Source of the DNA: an uncultured Oscillospiraceae bacterium
GTDB taxonomy: Bacteria; Bacillota; Clostridia; Oscillospirales; Ruminococcaceae
DNA length: 39,676 nucleotides
Reading direction: 5' to 3'
Assembly: GCA_964576395.1 (NCBI GenBank)
Contig: CAZNVF010000001.1
Span: 1 to 39,676 of the forward strand
A program made the translations under genes and the position numbers. Below are positions 1 through 9,992 of this stretch, piece after piece (positions within the stretch are counted from its first letter, which is position 1; every line of letters starts with the position of its first letter). The notes under the pieces are model-generated. The model saw nothing but the letters and a program-made list of their open reading frames with translations. It did no database searches and was not told where the DNA came from.

Positions 1-24
1 CCGCTTTAATTATAAGCTTGCAGT

Positions 25-49
25 TTGAAGAGAAAGTTTTTCTCTTCAA
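25..49 (-). terminator. Perfect 11-bp hairpin downstream of coaX. It is a weak terminator or an RNA stability element.
   Basis: TTGAAGAGAAA (25-35) pairs with TTTCTCTTCAA (39-49) around a 3-nt loop, 30 nt past the coaX stop. No U-tract follows on the minus strand. Confidence 0.3.
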
Positions 50-78
50 TAACGCCTATATGCGGCGCTCTTTTTACC

Positions 79-852
79 TTATATGCTTTTTGGCCCGTCT
101 TCATAGACCATTCGTATTCCGTCAAGGGGAAGCCGTTGATCAATATAGTCAAAAAGCCCAGTTTCTCCTTCAAAAAGACGGCTGAAACCGCCGGTTCCGA
201 CGACCTTTGTGTCGCTTCCAAGAACGGATTTTAACTTTTCTATCATTTTTTCCACCGCGCCAAGATAGCCAAAATATGCGCCGGACTGCATACTTGAAAC
301 CGTATTTTTGCCAATATTCATATCAGGCCTTACAAGTTCGATTTTTGGGAGTTTAGAGGCCTTTTCATAAAGGGAATCCATAGAAACCTTTATTCCCGGG
401 TAGATAAACCCGCCAAGATATTCTCCTTTTGGTGAAACTGCTTCGCAGGTGGTGGCAGTGCCAAAATCGACTATAATTATCGGCGCTCCATATTTTCTTA
501 CGGCAGCATAGGAATCCACAAGACGGTCTACGCCCACGTCTTTAGGACTTTCATATAAGTTAGGAATGTTACATTTAAGGTTTTCTCCAATTATGTAGGG
601 CTCCAGCCCAAAATATTTTTTAATGGCGCTTGTAATGGAATAATTGAGCTGTGGAACGACGGAACTTATGACCACGTCTTTTATTGCACTAATTTTAATA
701 TGGCGCTGTTCAAAAAACTGTGTGGTAAAAAGGCCCACCTCATCGGAGGAAATGTCGCGTTTTGAGCCAAGGCGGAATACGTCGACAAGACTTTCCCCGT
801 CGAATATTCCAAATTCCATGGTGGTGTTTCCAATATCAATGACAAGAATCAT
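79..852 (-). CDS. coaX: Type III pantothenate kinase
   Basis: 257 aa. N-terminal MILVIDIGNT, GVDRL and VDFGTAT motifs are typical of the CoaX/ASKHA fold. Confidence 0.9.
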   Translation of the reverse strand: MILVIDIGNTTMEFGIFDGESLVDVFRLGSKRDISSDEVGLFTTQFFEQRHIKISAIKDVVISSVVPQLNYSITSAIKKYFGLEPYIIGENLKCNIPNLYESPKDVGVDRLVDSYAAVRKYGAPIIIVDFGTATTCEAVSPKGEYLGGFIYPGIKVSMDSLYEKASKLPKIELVRPDMNIGKNTVSSMQSGAYFGYLGAVEKMIEKLKSVLGSDTKVVGTGGFSRLFEGETGLFDYIDQRLPLDGIRMVYEDGPKSI

Positions 853-855
853 TTG

Positions 856-2115
856 TCAAAACTCCTTTTGTTTAACAAAATTGTCTATTGCAGTGCGGTA
901 AGCCTTTGCAAAAGGATCCGAAAAGTGAAGTTCAGCAAAGGCTTTTCCGCGAAAGCCCATAAGGTTTCTTTCACTTTCAGGAATGCCCATAAGGTTTTTT
1001 ATAGCAAGGGCAAACCCATCAGGGTCAAAGGGTAAGGTCAACACAGCTCCTCCGCACTGGCGAAAAAACTCCGCATTTTTATCAGCAGCAGCAAGAATGG
1101 GCCGCCCAGAAAGCAGCGCAGCGAAAAAGCATTCGCTTTCAGCTGCAAAACCTTTGAGCACAGTGCTTTCCGGAACAAAAACTGCCCCGGCGGCGGCAAG
1201 GGTAAAAGGAATGTCCTCCTTCGGGATGCCGTCGCAAAAGGTGACATTTGTAACGCTGTTTTCTCGAACGAGCCTGCGTAGGAAAGTTTTATAATTCCCG
1301 TCGCCAATAATAACTACAGAAAGTTTTTTATCAAAGCCTTTTGCGGCCTTAATAAGCGTATCAAGGCAGAGCCCTTTACGAACTTCGCCGCAAAAACAAA
1401 GGGTAAAAACATCGCCTTCAGCCATTGCCTCAAGGGAAGCCCTAAGAAGTTTAGCATCCTCAGAAGGGGAATTGGGTGTTGCCGGCGCGGTAGCGAGCAT
1501 TCTAAGCGCATTCTCATGTCCGGTGAACTCGTGAAAAAATTCCGGGTAAAGGCCTATCACGGCGGCGCTTTTTTCAAAAGCGACGTTCACTGCCCGCCTA
1601 AGCACGGGAATTATTGGACTTAGCGCAGAACAGAGGCGAAGCCTTTTCAAAGTTTCTACGGGTGAGCACGAAAGCTCGGTTATGAGCACAGCATCCGCAA
1701 GCCTTGCCATTTTTGCTGCAGCAAATACTCCGAAAGGAAGAAGTGAGCCACAGATTATAACATCGGGCTTAAAAAGCCCGGTAATTCCGGCAGCATTGGA
1801 TGAAAGAAGGGTAAAAAAGTCGAAATACCCCTTGAGAGTAAGCCGGGCACCCTTTCGGCTTTCGCCTACCATTATAACAAGGTGGGAAACGCCGTCCTCC
1901 TCGCGAAATTCAAAAATACCGGTATCCTCCTCCATGGGTTCAGGCACTGCACGGATAAAAAGCACATTATCTCCCATTTGGGAAAGCTCTTTTGCAAAAG
2001 AAAGGTGACGGAAAAAATTTTCTGTTCCGAGCTCCTTAAAAATTTCCTGGTTTTGAGTAGGAAGGCTCGACTTTTTCGGAATACCAAGCCCATCATCTAT
2101 AATAAGTATATTCAT
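856..2115 (-). CDS. Glycosyltransferase-like protein (GT-B fold, GT4/GT1-like)
   Basis: 419 aa. The C-terminal half resembles GT1/GT4 (VIIGDG..., ...ESECFFAALLSGRPILAA) but the EX7E motif is not canonical. Its stop is 3 nt before the coaX start. Confidence 0.5.
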   Translation of the reverse strand: MNILIIDDGLGIPKKSSLPTQNQEIFKELGTENFFRHLSFAKELSQMGDNVLFIRAVPEPMEEDTGIFEFREEDGVSHLVIMVGESRKGARLTLKGYFDFFTLLSSNAAGITGLFKPDVIICGSLLPFGVFAAAKMARLADAVLITELSCSPVETLKRLRLCSALSPIIPVLRRAVNVAFEKSAAVIGLYPEFFHEFTGHENALRMLATAPATPNSPSEDAKLLRASLEAMAEGDVFTLCFCGEVRKGLCLDTLIKAAKGFDKKLSVVIIGDGNYKTFLRRLVRENSVTNVTFCDGIPKEDIPFTLAAAGAVFVPESTVLKGFAAESECFFAALLSGRPILAAADKNAEFFRQCGGAVLTLPFDPDGFALAIKNLMGIPESERNLMGFRGKAFAELHFSDPFAKAYRTAIDNFVKQKEF

Positions 2116-2231
2116 AATTTCACCGCCTTAGGAAAATTGCGCTACTTTAGCGCAGCCCTAGCAGTATAAGGGCAATTCTATTCTTCCCAAAGCGGTGGGA
2201 AATTATACTAAAATTTTAGTGCGCACAAAAG

Positions 2232-5200
2232 CTATGACTCTATTTTTGCAACATCTGCAAGGCTGAGTTCAAGCAGTTTTGAAACGCCATCTTCCTGCAT
2301 GGTTACACCATAGAGCCTGTCCGCGTGCTCCATAGTGCCTCGGCGGTGGGTAATGGCTATGAACTGAGTATTTTCGGTAAGGCGAAGCAGGTATTCAGCA
2401 TAGCGATCAACATTCGCTTCGTCAAGGGCAGCCTCTATTTCATCGAGGATACAGAAAGGCGCAGGGCGCACTTTAAGTATTGCAAAATATATGCCTATAG
2501 CTATAAGTGTCTGTTCACCGCCGGAGAGGGATGCAAGATTATTGATTATTTTTCCTGGGGGATGGACAATTATGTCTATTCCGGATTCGAGCACATTATC
2601 CGGATCGGTGAGTGCAAGCCTTCCCTCACCGCCGCCGAAAAGATCCTTAAAAACTACAGCAAAATTGCCAGCTATTTGCGTAAAGCGGTTAAGGAAGATA
2701 GTGCGCATTTGGCTCATAAGGCTTTGGATGAGGGCCCTGAGCTCATTACGGGATTTTTCAGCGTCCTCTATTTGGTTTTTCATAAAGTTATAGCGTTCAT
2801 TTACCTCTTTGAACTCTTCAATTGCAGAAAGGTTTACGGGCCCAAGGGATTTTATTTTGTTCCGCAGTTCGTTGAGGCGGCGCTGGGCCTTTTGCGGTTC
2901 GGTGATGTCCTCAGCTATTTCCTCTGCCATGCTGTATGTGATTTCATACTCATCCCAAAGCTGGCCGATTATACGGTCGTAATCCTTCTGCATATCATCA
3001 AGACGGGCCCTTGCTTTGGCAAGTTTGACGGACGCCTCCTCCCTGCAAGAGACGGTGTTCTTCTGGGCCGAGCGCTCCTGTGTAGTGCGAAGCTCAAATT
3101 CTTGGCGCTTGGCAAAAAGGGCGTTTATTTCCTCTTTTGTGCTTACCGAAAGGGAGGCAAGACGCAGTTTTTCTTCTTCAAAGTTTTTTACCTCGTCAGA
3201 GAGCGCCACATTTTTAGCCTTTATTTCTTCGCTCTTTACAGAAAGGGAAGATATCTTTTCAAGGCGTTCCTCTTGGCTTTCAAGCAGCTGAGCAATGGTG
3301 GATTCAAGCGCCTCAATATCTTTTTGAACTATTGCTTTAGATAGTGCAAGGGAGGAGGCCTCCTCTTTATTTTTAGTTTCTCTTAGCTCAAGCTTTGAAA
3401 TCTGCTCCGATATTTCGGCAGCAGAAGCAAGCAAGGAGGCCCGCTCGGTGCTTTTGCTTTCAAGAAGAGCAGAATATTCATTATAACGGCTTTCGGCCTC
3501 GGCAATGGCTTTGTCAAGGATCCCGCGTTGAGTTTCAGCCTCGGTGCCAGCAGCTTCAGCGTCAGAGATCTGTATCAAAAGGCGCTTCTTTTCGCCTTCC
3601 GCACGGATCCTGTCTTCAGAGATGGTTCGAAGTTCACTCTCGGTAGCGAGGGAGTCGGCGTCCATAGCGGATATTTCACTTTTAAGGCGATTATATTCAC
3701 CGTCGCTTTCAGCGAGTTGTTTTTTTAGGTAAGAGGATTTTTTAAGCAGTTCGTCTATTTCCTGCTTTCTTGAAAGAAGCCCAGCGGATTTTACGCTTGA
3801 ACCTCCGGTCAAAGATCCCCCGGTGTTTACAAGCTGACCGTCAAGCGTTACTATTCTGAACTTGTAGCTGTATTTTTTGGCCATAGCCACGGCAGAATCA
3901 AGATCTTCCGCCACGACTATGCGTCCAAGAACATTTTTTACAATGCCGTCATATTTGGCGTCATATTTTACAAGGTCGCTACCTATGCCAACAAATCCGT
4001 CGCAAGCGGAAAGCCCACGCTCATCAAGGCGGTTGCCTTTAACAGAAGTCAGCGGCAGGAAAGTGACCCTGCCCTTGCCCTGCTCTTTGAGCATTTTAAT
4101 GGCTTTTTTGGCTGCGTCCTCATCGGTGACAACAATGTTTTGAAGCGACGCAGAAGCAGCGGTTTCCACTGCAAGGCTGTATTTTGCATCAACGGAAAGT
4201 ATTTTTGAAACCGGTTCAAGGATTCCCCTTAGGGAACCTGCGGCACCCTTATCGAGAACAAATTTTACGCTGTGACCAAAACCCTCCATATTGCGCTCAA
4301 GGTCTTGCAGAAGCTTTGCACGCTGAGAAAGGCTTTCTGCTTCTCTTGCAATTTTGCTGCGCTTTTCTTCAAGGGATGCAAGCTGATTTGACCGGAGCTC
4401 CCTCTTCATGGCGATGCCAGCCCTGCTGTTAATGAGGCTCTCGTTTTTATCTTCAATGTCTTCAAGAAGTGTGTTCACTTCTACAAGCTCAGCTTTGTAG
4501 CCACTGACAAGGGAGAGCTTTTGGCTTGCAGAAAGGGAAAACTGCTCAAGGCGTTCGTTGTACTGGTTTTTGTCGTTCTCTGCAGTGGCAAGAACGACGT
4601 TTATATGGCTGATGTCAGCGTTGATAGCGGCAATTTTGTTTTCGGCATCGGATCTTTTTTTAAGTATGGACTGCTTTTCTGTGGCAAGAGCTTCCGCTGC
4701 AGAGGAAAGCTCCTCAGCTTTTTTTTCAAGGCGTTCTGCCTCGTTTTTCTTTTCGGAAAGCTCGTTTTGTCGAAGCTCCATCAAAGAATCACTTTCGTTG
4801 TCAAAAGAAGAAAGTTCGGCTGCCTCGCCGGCTATACGTTCTATCTCGCTCTCATTGTGACGGATTTCGTTTTGGTTAACGGCAGTTTTTGAGTTAAGTT
4901 CAGAAATGGCGGCCTCATTTTCAGAAATGGAGCCGCGTTTTGTCTCAACGGAAAAATCAATATCCCGCACCTGTTCATAGAGGAAATTTATACGGTTTTC
5001 AGCCTCGTTATATTCATTATCAAGGCTGTCATATTCGCTTTGATAAACCCCTATGTAGCTGTTTTGCTCTGCAAGCTGGGATTTAAGGCGGCGCAGAGAC
5101 CGCATCCAGACGGAAATCTCAAGGGATTTTTTCTCTTCAGCATATTCAAGAAACTTTTTTGCCTTTTCTGACTGTTCAAGCAAAGGTCCGACTCGCTCTT

Positions 5201-5795
5201 CAAGAGAGGAAAGGTTGTCCCTAAGGCGAAGAAGATTCTCATCCGCACGGGAAAGGCTGTGTTCGGCATCCTCTTTACGATAGCGAAATTTGGAAATGCC
5301 GGCGGCCTCCTCAAAAATTTCACGACGTTGGTTTGGCTTCGCACCGACTATTTCTGAAATTTTACCCTGACCAATAAGCGAATAGCCGTCGCGGCCAAGG
5401 CCAGTATCCATAAACAGCTCGTTGACGTCTTTAAGACGGCAGACCTTTTCACAGATGCGGTATTCGCTTTCACCGCTACGGTAGTATTTTCGCGATATAA
5501 CAACCTCGTCATTATCAATGGCAAGGAAACGGTCGGTATTATCAAGGCAAAGGCGCACCTCGGCGTAGCCATAGGCGTGACGAAGAGCGGTACCATTAAA
5601 AATAACGTCCTCCATTTTTCCACCACGAAGCGCCTTTGTGGACTGTTCGCCTAAAACCCAGCGCACAGCGTCGCTGATATTGCTTTTTCCGCTGCCATTT
5701 GGACCGACGACAGCGGTCACGCCCCTGCCAAAGCTGAGCCTTGTTTTATCTGGGAAGGATTTAAAGCCTTGAAGTTCAAGATATTTTAAAAACAA
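2232..5795 (-). CDS. smc: Chromosome segregation protein SMC
   Basis: N-terminal FLKYLELQGFKSF...GPNGSGKSN Walker A, long coiled coils, a central hinge, and a C-terminal LSGGE signature plus Walker B (FCILDEIEAALD). I place the start at TTG 5795, 7 nt after AAGGAAG (5803-5809), giving 1187 aa. The ORF-track extension to 5924 is not supported. Confidence 0.93.
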   Translation of the reverse strand: MFLKYLELQGFKSFPDKTRLSFGRGVTAVVGPNGSGKSNISDAVRWVLGEQSTKALRGGKMEDVIFNGTALRHAYGYAEVRLCLDNTDRFLAIDNDEVVISRKYYRSGESEYRICEKVCRLKDVNELFMDTGLGRDGYSLIGQGKISEIVGAKPNQRREIFEEAAGISKFRYRKEDAEHSLSRADENLLRLRDNLSSLEERVGPLLEQSEKAKKFLEYAEEKKSLEISVWMRSLRRLKSQLAEQNSYIGVYQSEYDSLDNEYNEAENRINFLYEQVRDIDFSVETKRGSISENEAAISELNSKTAVNQNEIRHNESEIERIAGEAAELSSFDNESDSLMELRQNELSEKKNEAERLEKKAEELSSAAEALATEKQSILKKRSDAENKIAAINADISHINVVLATAENDKNQYNERLEQFSLSASQKLSLVSGYKAELVEVNTLLEDIEDKNESLINSRAGIAMKRELRSNQLASLEEKRSKIAREAESLSQRAKLLQDLERNMEGFGHSVKFVLDKGAAGSLRGILEPVSKILSVDAKYSLAVETAASASLQNIVVTDEDAAKKAIKMLKEQGKGRVTFLPLTSVKGNRLDERGLSACDGFVGIGSDLVKYDAKYDGIVKNVLGRIVVAEDLDSAVAMAKKYSYKFRIVTLDGQLVNTGGSLTGGSSVKSAGLLSRKQEIDELLKKSSYLKKQLAESDGEYNRLKSEISAMDADSLATESELRTISEDRIRAEGEKKRLLIQISDAEAAGTEAETQRGILDKAIAEAESRYNEYSALLESKSTERASLLASAAEISEQISKLELRETKNKEEASSLALSKAIVQKDIEALESTIAQLLESQEERLEKISSLSVKSEEIKAKNVALSDEVKNFEEEKLRLASLSVSTKEEINALFAKRQEFELRTTQERSAQKNTVSCREEASVKLAKARARLDDMQKDYDRIIGQLWDEYEITYSMAEEIAEDITEPQKAQRRLNELRNKIKSLGPVNLSAIEEFKEVNERYNFMKNQIEDAEKSRNELRALIQSLMSQMRTIFLNRFTQIAGNFAVVFKDLFGGGEGRLALTDPDNVLESGIDIIVHPPGKIINNLASLSGGEQTLIAIGIYFAILKVRPAPFCILDEIEAALDEANVDRYAEYLLRLTENTQFIAITHRRGTMEHADRLYGVTMQEDGVSKLLELSLADVAKIES

Positions 5796-5912
5796 ATCGT
5801 CACTTCCTTGAGTCTGGATTTTGCCTGATTGTAGCATGTAAAACAATTGGGCCGAACTGACCGGCCAGAGAAGGAAAATAATGCTGTTCGGATAGTCTGA
5901 TTTAGAATAAAT

Positions 5913-5960
5913 AAAGGCCTGCAAAGCGTTTTCGGCGTTAGAAAGACATGCAGGGCCTTT
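5913..5960 (-). terminator. Large hairpin after the radical SAM gene, upstream of smc
   Basis: AAAGGCCTGCA (5913-5923) pairs with TGCAGGGCCTTT (5949-5960), with one bulge. On the minus strand it is followed by ATTTATT. Confidence 0.4.
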
Positions 5961-5989
5961 GCGCAGTGGCCAAAAAGAAAAGTCTGTTT

Positions 5990-7006
5990 TTATTTTCGCT
6001 TATCCAATTCCTCCGCCAAAACAGAGAAATCGCCGGGGGGAAAAGTTTTATCAGACGTAACTTTTATGTTATAGCCGAGCGACGCCCAATATTCAACATT
6101 GCTTCGATGCTGACCGGAACATTTTGAAACGTCAGAAGGGGCAACTTTAAGTATGTAAGATCCATTTGGCAGACGGAAGAGCAGCGGCTCCAGCTTTTTG
6201 CGAAAACGCAGGCTTTCACAAAGTTCGCGAAAAGCCGGATGGTATGGCCCTGCAACAAGATTTTCCTCCAGCGACCGCTCCGAATGAAGCCCCAGGCGTA
6301 TAACGTTTATTTTATATAGTTCAAAAATGTCAAGAAGTTCAGCACAGAGAGCGGCCGCCTCGTCCAAAGTCTGGGGTACATATTCACCAACTTCATACCA
6401 CTTTTCCATAAGAGTGTTTTTGAGCACCAGCGCCGGATAGATGCGCATTGTGTCAGGTTTGAGCCCAACAAAATCTACAGCCGTCCTTATATCTTTGTTC
6501 TGGGTGCTTCCGGGAAGTCCGGTCATCATTTGCAAACCAAGGGAGAACCCAGCATTTTTTATTAAAGCGGCAGAACGCTTTGTATCCTCAAAGCTGTGGC
6601 CACGCCGGTTTTTTTTGAGAACGGCGTCGTCGCTGCTTTGAGCTCCAAGTTCGATAGAGGTCACGCCGTACTCTTTGAGCACGGCCAGCGTATGATCATC
6701 GATAGCGTCCGGGCGGGTGCTCAAACGAATGCCTGAAAATGCACCCCGGCGAACCCATTTTGCCGCCGGTTCAAGCAACGAACGCATAAGTTCCTCTGGA
6801 ATCATTGTAAAACTGCCGCCAAAAAAGCCAACCTCGGTCTTATTCCCAAAACCACGTAATTCCCTAGCGGCCTTTTTTAATGTGGTTTCTACTTCTTCCG
6901 GGGTGGGAATGCCGGATTCGCCGGTTATAGAATTCTGGTCACAGAAGGAACAGCGGTGAGGGCAGCCGACCATTGGAACAAAAAAGGCTATATTTGCATG
7001 TTTCAT
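5990..7006 (-). CDS. Radical SAM protein (ELP3/COG1243-like, without an acetyltransferase domain)
   Basis: 338 aa with a CPHRCSFC (Cx3Cx2C) cluster motif near the N-terminus. It occupies the conserved position between rnc and smc and overlaps the rnc stop by 4 nt. Confidence 0.75.
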   Translation of the reverse strand: MKHANIAFFVPMVGCPHRCSFCDQNSITGESGIPTPEEVETTLKKAARELRGFGNKTEVGFFGGSFTMIPEELMRSLLEPAAKWVRRGAFSGIRLSTRPDAIDDHTLAVLKEYGVTSIELGAQSSDDAVLKKNRRGHSFEDTKRSAALIKNAGFSLGLQMMTGLPGSTQNKDIRTAVDFVGLKPDTMRIYPALVLKNTLMEKWYEVGEYVPQTLDEAAALCAELLDIFELYKINVIRLGLHSERSLEENLVAGPYHPAFRELCESLRFRKKLEPLLFRLPNGSYILKVAPSDVSKCSGQHRSNVEYWASLGYNIKVTSDKTFPPGDFSVLAEELDKRK

Positions 7007-7692
7007 TCGCCCATCAGCTCCAAAGCCTCTTTTGCGGCAAGCTGTTCAGCAGCTTTTTTGCTTCTGCCAACACCACGACCTATAATGTTGCTATTGAGCA
7101 TTACATTGACTTCAAAACGTTTGTCGTGATCCGGGCCGGATTCCCCTGCAAGCACATAGTAAAGATGCTCTTCAGGGTTCTGCTGAATTATTTCCTGCAA
7201 AAGGGTTTTATAATCTTTAAAAGGCGCGTTTTCAACGTGCTCAAGAGCTTTTTTTACAAATCCAAGGACAAAAACAGTCGCAGGTTCAATTCCGCCGTCA
7301 AGGTAGATGGCGGCAATCACAGCCTCAAAGGCGTCCGCTAAAAGGGAAGGGCGCTCGCGCCCGCCCATAAGCTCCTCACCGTGGCCAAGACGGAGAAATT
7401 CACCAAGGCCCAGCTCCGTAGAAAATTCAAAAAGAGATTTTTCGCATACAAGCGATGCTCTGAGTTTTGTAAGCTCACCCTCAGGAAGGTGAGTATAATT
7501 TTCAAAGATATAGTCCGAAACGATAATGCTTAAAACGGCATCGCCCAAAAATTCCTGACGCTCGTTATATTCTGTGTGTTCTTTTGTTTCGTTTGCAAAG
7601 GAGGAATGGGTGACCCCAGTTTCAAGAAAGCGGATATTTTTAAATTTATAGCCAATGCGTTCTTCAAGTTCGGCTATGTTCTTATTGTTCAT
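7003..7692 (-). CDS. rnc: Ribonuclease III
   Basis: 229 aa. It has the RNase III signature ERQEFLGDAVL and a C-terminal dsRBD (GSGRSKKAAEQxAA-like: GVGRSKKAAEQLAAKEAL). Confidence 0.93.
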   Translation of the reverse strand: MNNKNIAELEERIGYKFKNIRFLETGVTHSSFANETKEHTEYNERQEFLGDAVLSIIVSDYIFENYTHLPEGELTKLRASLVCEKSLFEFSTELGLGEFLRLGHGEELMGGRERPSLLADAFEAVIAAIYLDGGIEPATVFVLGFVKKALEHVENAPFKDYKTLLQEIIQQNPEEHLYYVLAGESGPDHDKRFEVNVMLNSNIIGRGVGRSKKAAEQLAAKEALELMGE

Positions 7693-8696
7693 TCTTTCTC
7701 CTCCTTAAGCCTTTTGATGGCGGTCGAGATGGTTCCATTTACGTCGGTTTCAACAAAAATCTTCGCCTGCTTTATGGCGTTCTTGAACGCTTCAGGGTTG
7801 CTGCTGCCATGGGCCTTTATTACGGGCCTTGCAATTCCAAGAAGGGGAGCGCCGCCGCGTTCAGTGTAGTCAAGCTTGTGTTTAAATTCGGCAAGGCCGC
7901 TTTTAAGTGAAAGAGCGGAAAGCTTGGTGAAAATATTTTTGAGGAACATTCCTTTTACCATTTTTCCAAAGGCATGGCCAAGGCCCTCTATCATTTTGAG
8001 CACCACATTTCCGGTCCAGCCGTCGGCAACGGCAACATCGCAGAAGGCCCCGGAAGGAACGTCCCTTACTTCAACGTTTCCAACAAAATTGTAACCGGCG
8101 TTCTGCATAAGGCCGTAGGCAGTTTTTTGAAGCTCAGTGCCCTTGCTTTCCTCAACACCTATATTTACAAGAGCAACCTTCGGATTTTTTACGCCAGCTA
8201 CGTTTTCCATATAAATACTGCCCATCATTCCAAACTGTACAAGCATCTCGGGGCGGCATTCCACGTTGGCGCCAAGGTCAAGAAGCATGTAATCCTTCTT
8301 AAGGCCGGGCACAACAGTGGCAAGGGCCGCGCGTTTTATTCCCTTTATGCGCTTTACAATAAGAGTTGCGGCAACAACAATAGCGCCGGTACTTCCGGCG
8401 CTGACATAGGCATCGCCCTTGCCATCCGCGAGGGCCTGCAGCCCAACGGAAAGCGAACTGCCTTTATAGCTTTTTATGGCCTCGGTAGGCTCGGCACATA
8501 CAGGCATTACAAGCGGCGCGTTGATAAACTCAAAATGTTCAGTAGAAATATTGTTTTCGGCGCAGAGTTTTTTCATTTCCGTCTCGTTGCCTACGGCAAG
8601 AATATCCACCCCAAGCTCTTTTACGGCGAGGGCCGCGCCCTGAAGGGGCACGAGCGGGGCGTTATCGCCGCCATAAACATCAATTATAATCTTCAT
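7689..8696 (-). CDS. plsX: Phosphate acyltransferase PlsX
   Basis: 335 aa. MKIIIDVYGGDNAP and HGSS motifs are typical of PlsX. It has 4-nt overlaps with both trmFO and rnc. Confidence 0.92.
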   Translation of the reverse strand: MKIIIDVYGGDNAPLVPLQGAALAVKELGVDILAVGNETEMKKLCAENNISTEHFEFINAPLVMPVCAEPTEAIKSYKGSSLSVGLQALADGKGDAYVSAGSTGAIVVAATLIVKRIKGIKRAALATVVPGLKKDYMLLDLGANVECRPEMLVQFGMMGSIYMENVAGVKNPKVALVNIGVEESKGTELQKTAYGLMQNAGYNFVGNVEVRDVPSGAFCDVAVADGWTGNVVLKMIEGLGHAFGKMVKGMFLKNIFTKLSALSLKSGLAEFKHKLDYTERGGAPLLGIARPVIKAHGSSNPEAFKNAIKQAKIFVETDVNGTISTAIKRLKEEKE

Positions 8697-9991
8697 AAAA
8701 TCACCTCCAGTGCGGAAATCGACCTTTGGGCAAAAGCGGCATAGCGCTCTTCCTTGTGGCGGATATTTTGTTCAAGCGGAGGAAGTATTCCCATATTTGC
8801 GCCCATAGGCTGAAAATTGGAAATGCTTCCGTCAGTTATGTAATTTACAAGGGCGCCAAGCATGGTCACCTCGGGAAGAAGCAGTGGTTCCTCACCGAAA
8901 AGGTACCTTGAGGCGTTGATACCGGCAAGTATGCCGGTAGCGGCGGATTCTGTGTAGCCTTCAACCCCCGTAAACTGACCTGCGAAAAAAAGACGCGGGT
9001 CAGAGCGCAGAGAGAGATTTTTATTGAGAAGCCGAGGGGAATCCATAAAGGTATCTCTATGCATGACGCCATAGCGAACAAATTCGGCATTTTCAAGGCC
9101 GGGTATCATAGAAAAAACTCGCTTTTGTTCGCCAAACTTCAAGTTAGTTTGAAAACCAACAAGGTTATACATGGTTCCGGCAGCGTTTTCACGCCGAAGC
9201 TGCACATTCGCCCAAGGCCGGCGCCCAGTATGCGGGTCGGAAAGACCCACCGGACGAAGCGGCCCAAAACGCAGGGTGTCATGCCCGCGGGAAGCCATTA
9301 TCTCAACAGGCATACAGCCTTCATATACATTTGGGTCCGGCGTATCAAACTCGTGGAGCGGAGCCCGTGCTGCGGTTACAAGAGCTTCATAAAACGCTTC
9401 ATATTCGTCCCTATTCATTGGGCAGTTGACGTAATCGGCTTCGCCCCGACCGTACCGAGCGCCAAGAAAGACTTTGTCCCAGTCAAGAGAATCAGCGGCT
9501 ACTATGGGTGCAACGGCGTCAAAAAAAGAGAGCATCCCTCCAAAACGGGAGCGAAGCTCCTGCGCAAGGGTGTCGGAAGTGAGCGGACCGGTGGCAAAAA
9601 CGACCGTTCCGCTTTCCGGAACGGAAGTGACTTCACCGCTAACTACCTCAATATTTTTATCAGCGCATATTTTTTCGGTGATATATTGGGAAAAAAGATC
9701 CCTGTCTACCGCAAGGGCGCCGCCGGCGGCAACAGAAGTTTTTTCTGCCGCTTCAATAGTTATGGAGCCGAGACGGCGCATTTCCTCCTTTAAAAGACCG
9801 GCAGCCGATTCAAGCCGTGAGGCTTTTAAAGAATTAGAGCAGACGAGTTCAGCAAAATTTTTGCTTTTGTGAGCGGGAGAAAATTTTTTGGGTTTCATTT
9901 CCCTAAGAATAACTTTGACTCCACGACGGGATAGCTGAACTGCGGCTTCGCACCCTGCAAGCCCCGCGCCTATTACAGTTACTTTTTCCAT
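8693..9991 (-). CDS. trmFO: Methylenetetrahydrofolate--tRNA-(uracil-5-)-methyltransferase TrmFO
   Basis: The start is trimmed to ATG 9991 (MEKVTVIGAGLAGCEAA, FAD dinucleotide fold), giving 432 aa. The track extension to 10117 overlaps the topA 3' end. Confidence 0.9.
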   Translation of the reverse strand: MEKVTVIGAGLAGCEAAVQLSRRGVKVILREMKPKKFSPAHKSKNFAELVCSNSLKASRLESAAGLLKEEMRRLGSITIEAAEKTSVAAGGALAVDRDLFSQYITEKICADKNIEVVSGEVTSVPESGTVVFATGPLTSDTLAQELRSRFGGMLSFFDAVAPIVAADSLDWDKVFLGARYGRGEADYVNCPMNRDEYEAFYEALVTAARAPLHEFDTPDPNVYEGCMPVEIMASRGHDTLRFGPLRPVGLSDPHTGRRPWANVQLRRENAAGTMYNLVGFQTNLKFGEQKRVFSMIPGLENAEFVRYGVMHRDTFMDSPRLLNKNLSLRSDPRLFFAGQFTGVEGYTESAATGILAGINASRYLFGEEPLLLPEVTMLGALVNYITDGSISNFQPMGANMGILPPLEQNIRHKEERYAAFAQRSISALEVIL

Positions 9992-9992
9992 A

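Noticed and set aside
856-2115. The GT-like gene coupled to coaX as part of a novel cell-envelope system
   Set aside because: It is a single gene with a generic GT-B signature and no neighbouring polysaccharide or teichoic-acid genes. There is nothing beyond adjacency to build on.
2116-2231. Possible promoter (TATAAT at 2202-2207, minus strand) and small hairpins in the smc/GT spacer
   Set aside because: The -10 box is perfect, but no acceptable -35 lies at 16-18 nt (TTTTGT/TTGTGC). The evidence is too weak to list as a feature.
2325-3344. Long antisense ORFs inside real genes: 2325-3344 (339 aa, in smc), 16348-17313 (321 aa, in pepF), 7974-8744 (in plsX), 9059-9793 (in trmFO), 33404-34048 (in ackA) and 15150-15716 (in infC).
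   Set aside because: They lie opposite strongly supported conserved genes. Their translations are low-complexity and Phe/Lys/Arg-rich, with no motifs or SDs. These are typical shadow ORFs.
5796-5924. A 43-codon N-terminal extension of smc in the ORF track (MQAFIYSKSDYP...)
   Set aside because: The SMC consensus N-terminus (FLKYLELQGFKSF) begins at TTG 5795, which has an AAGGAAG SD 7 nt upstream. The extension has no SD and overlaps a hairpin/terminator.
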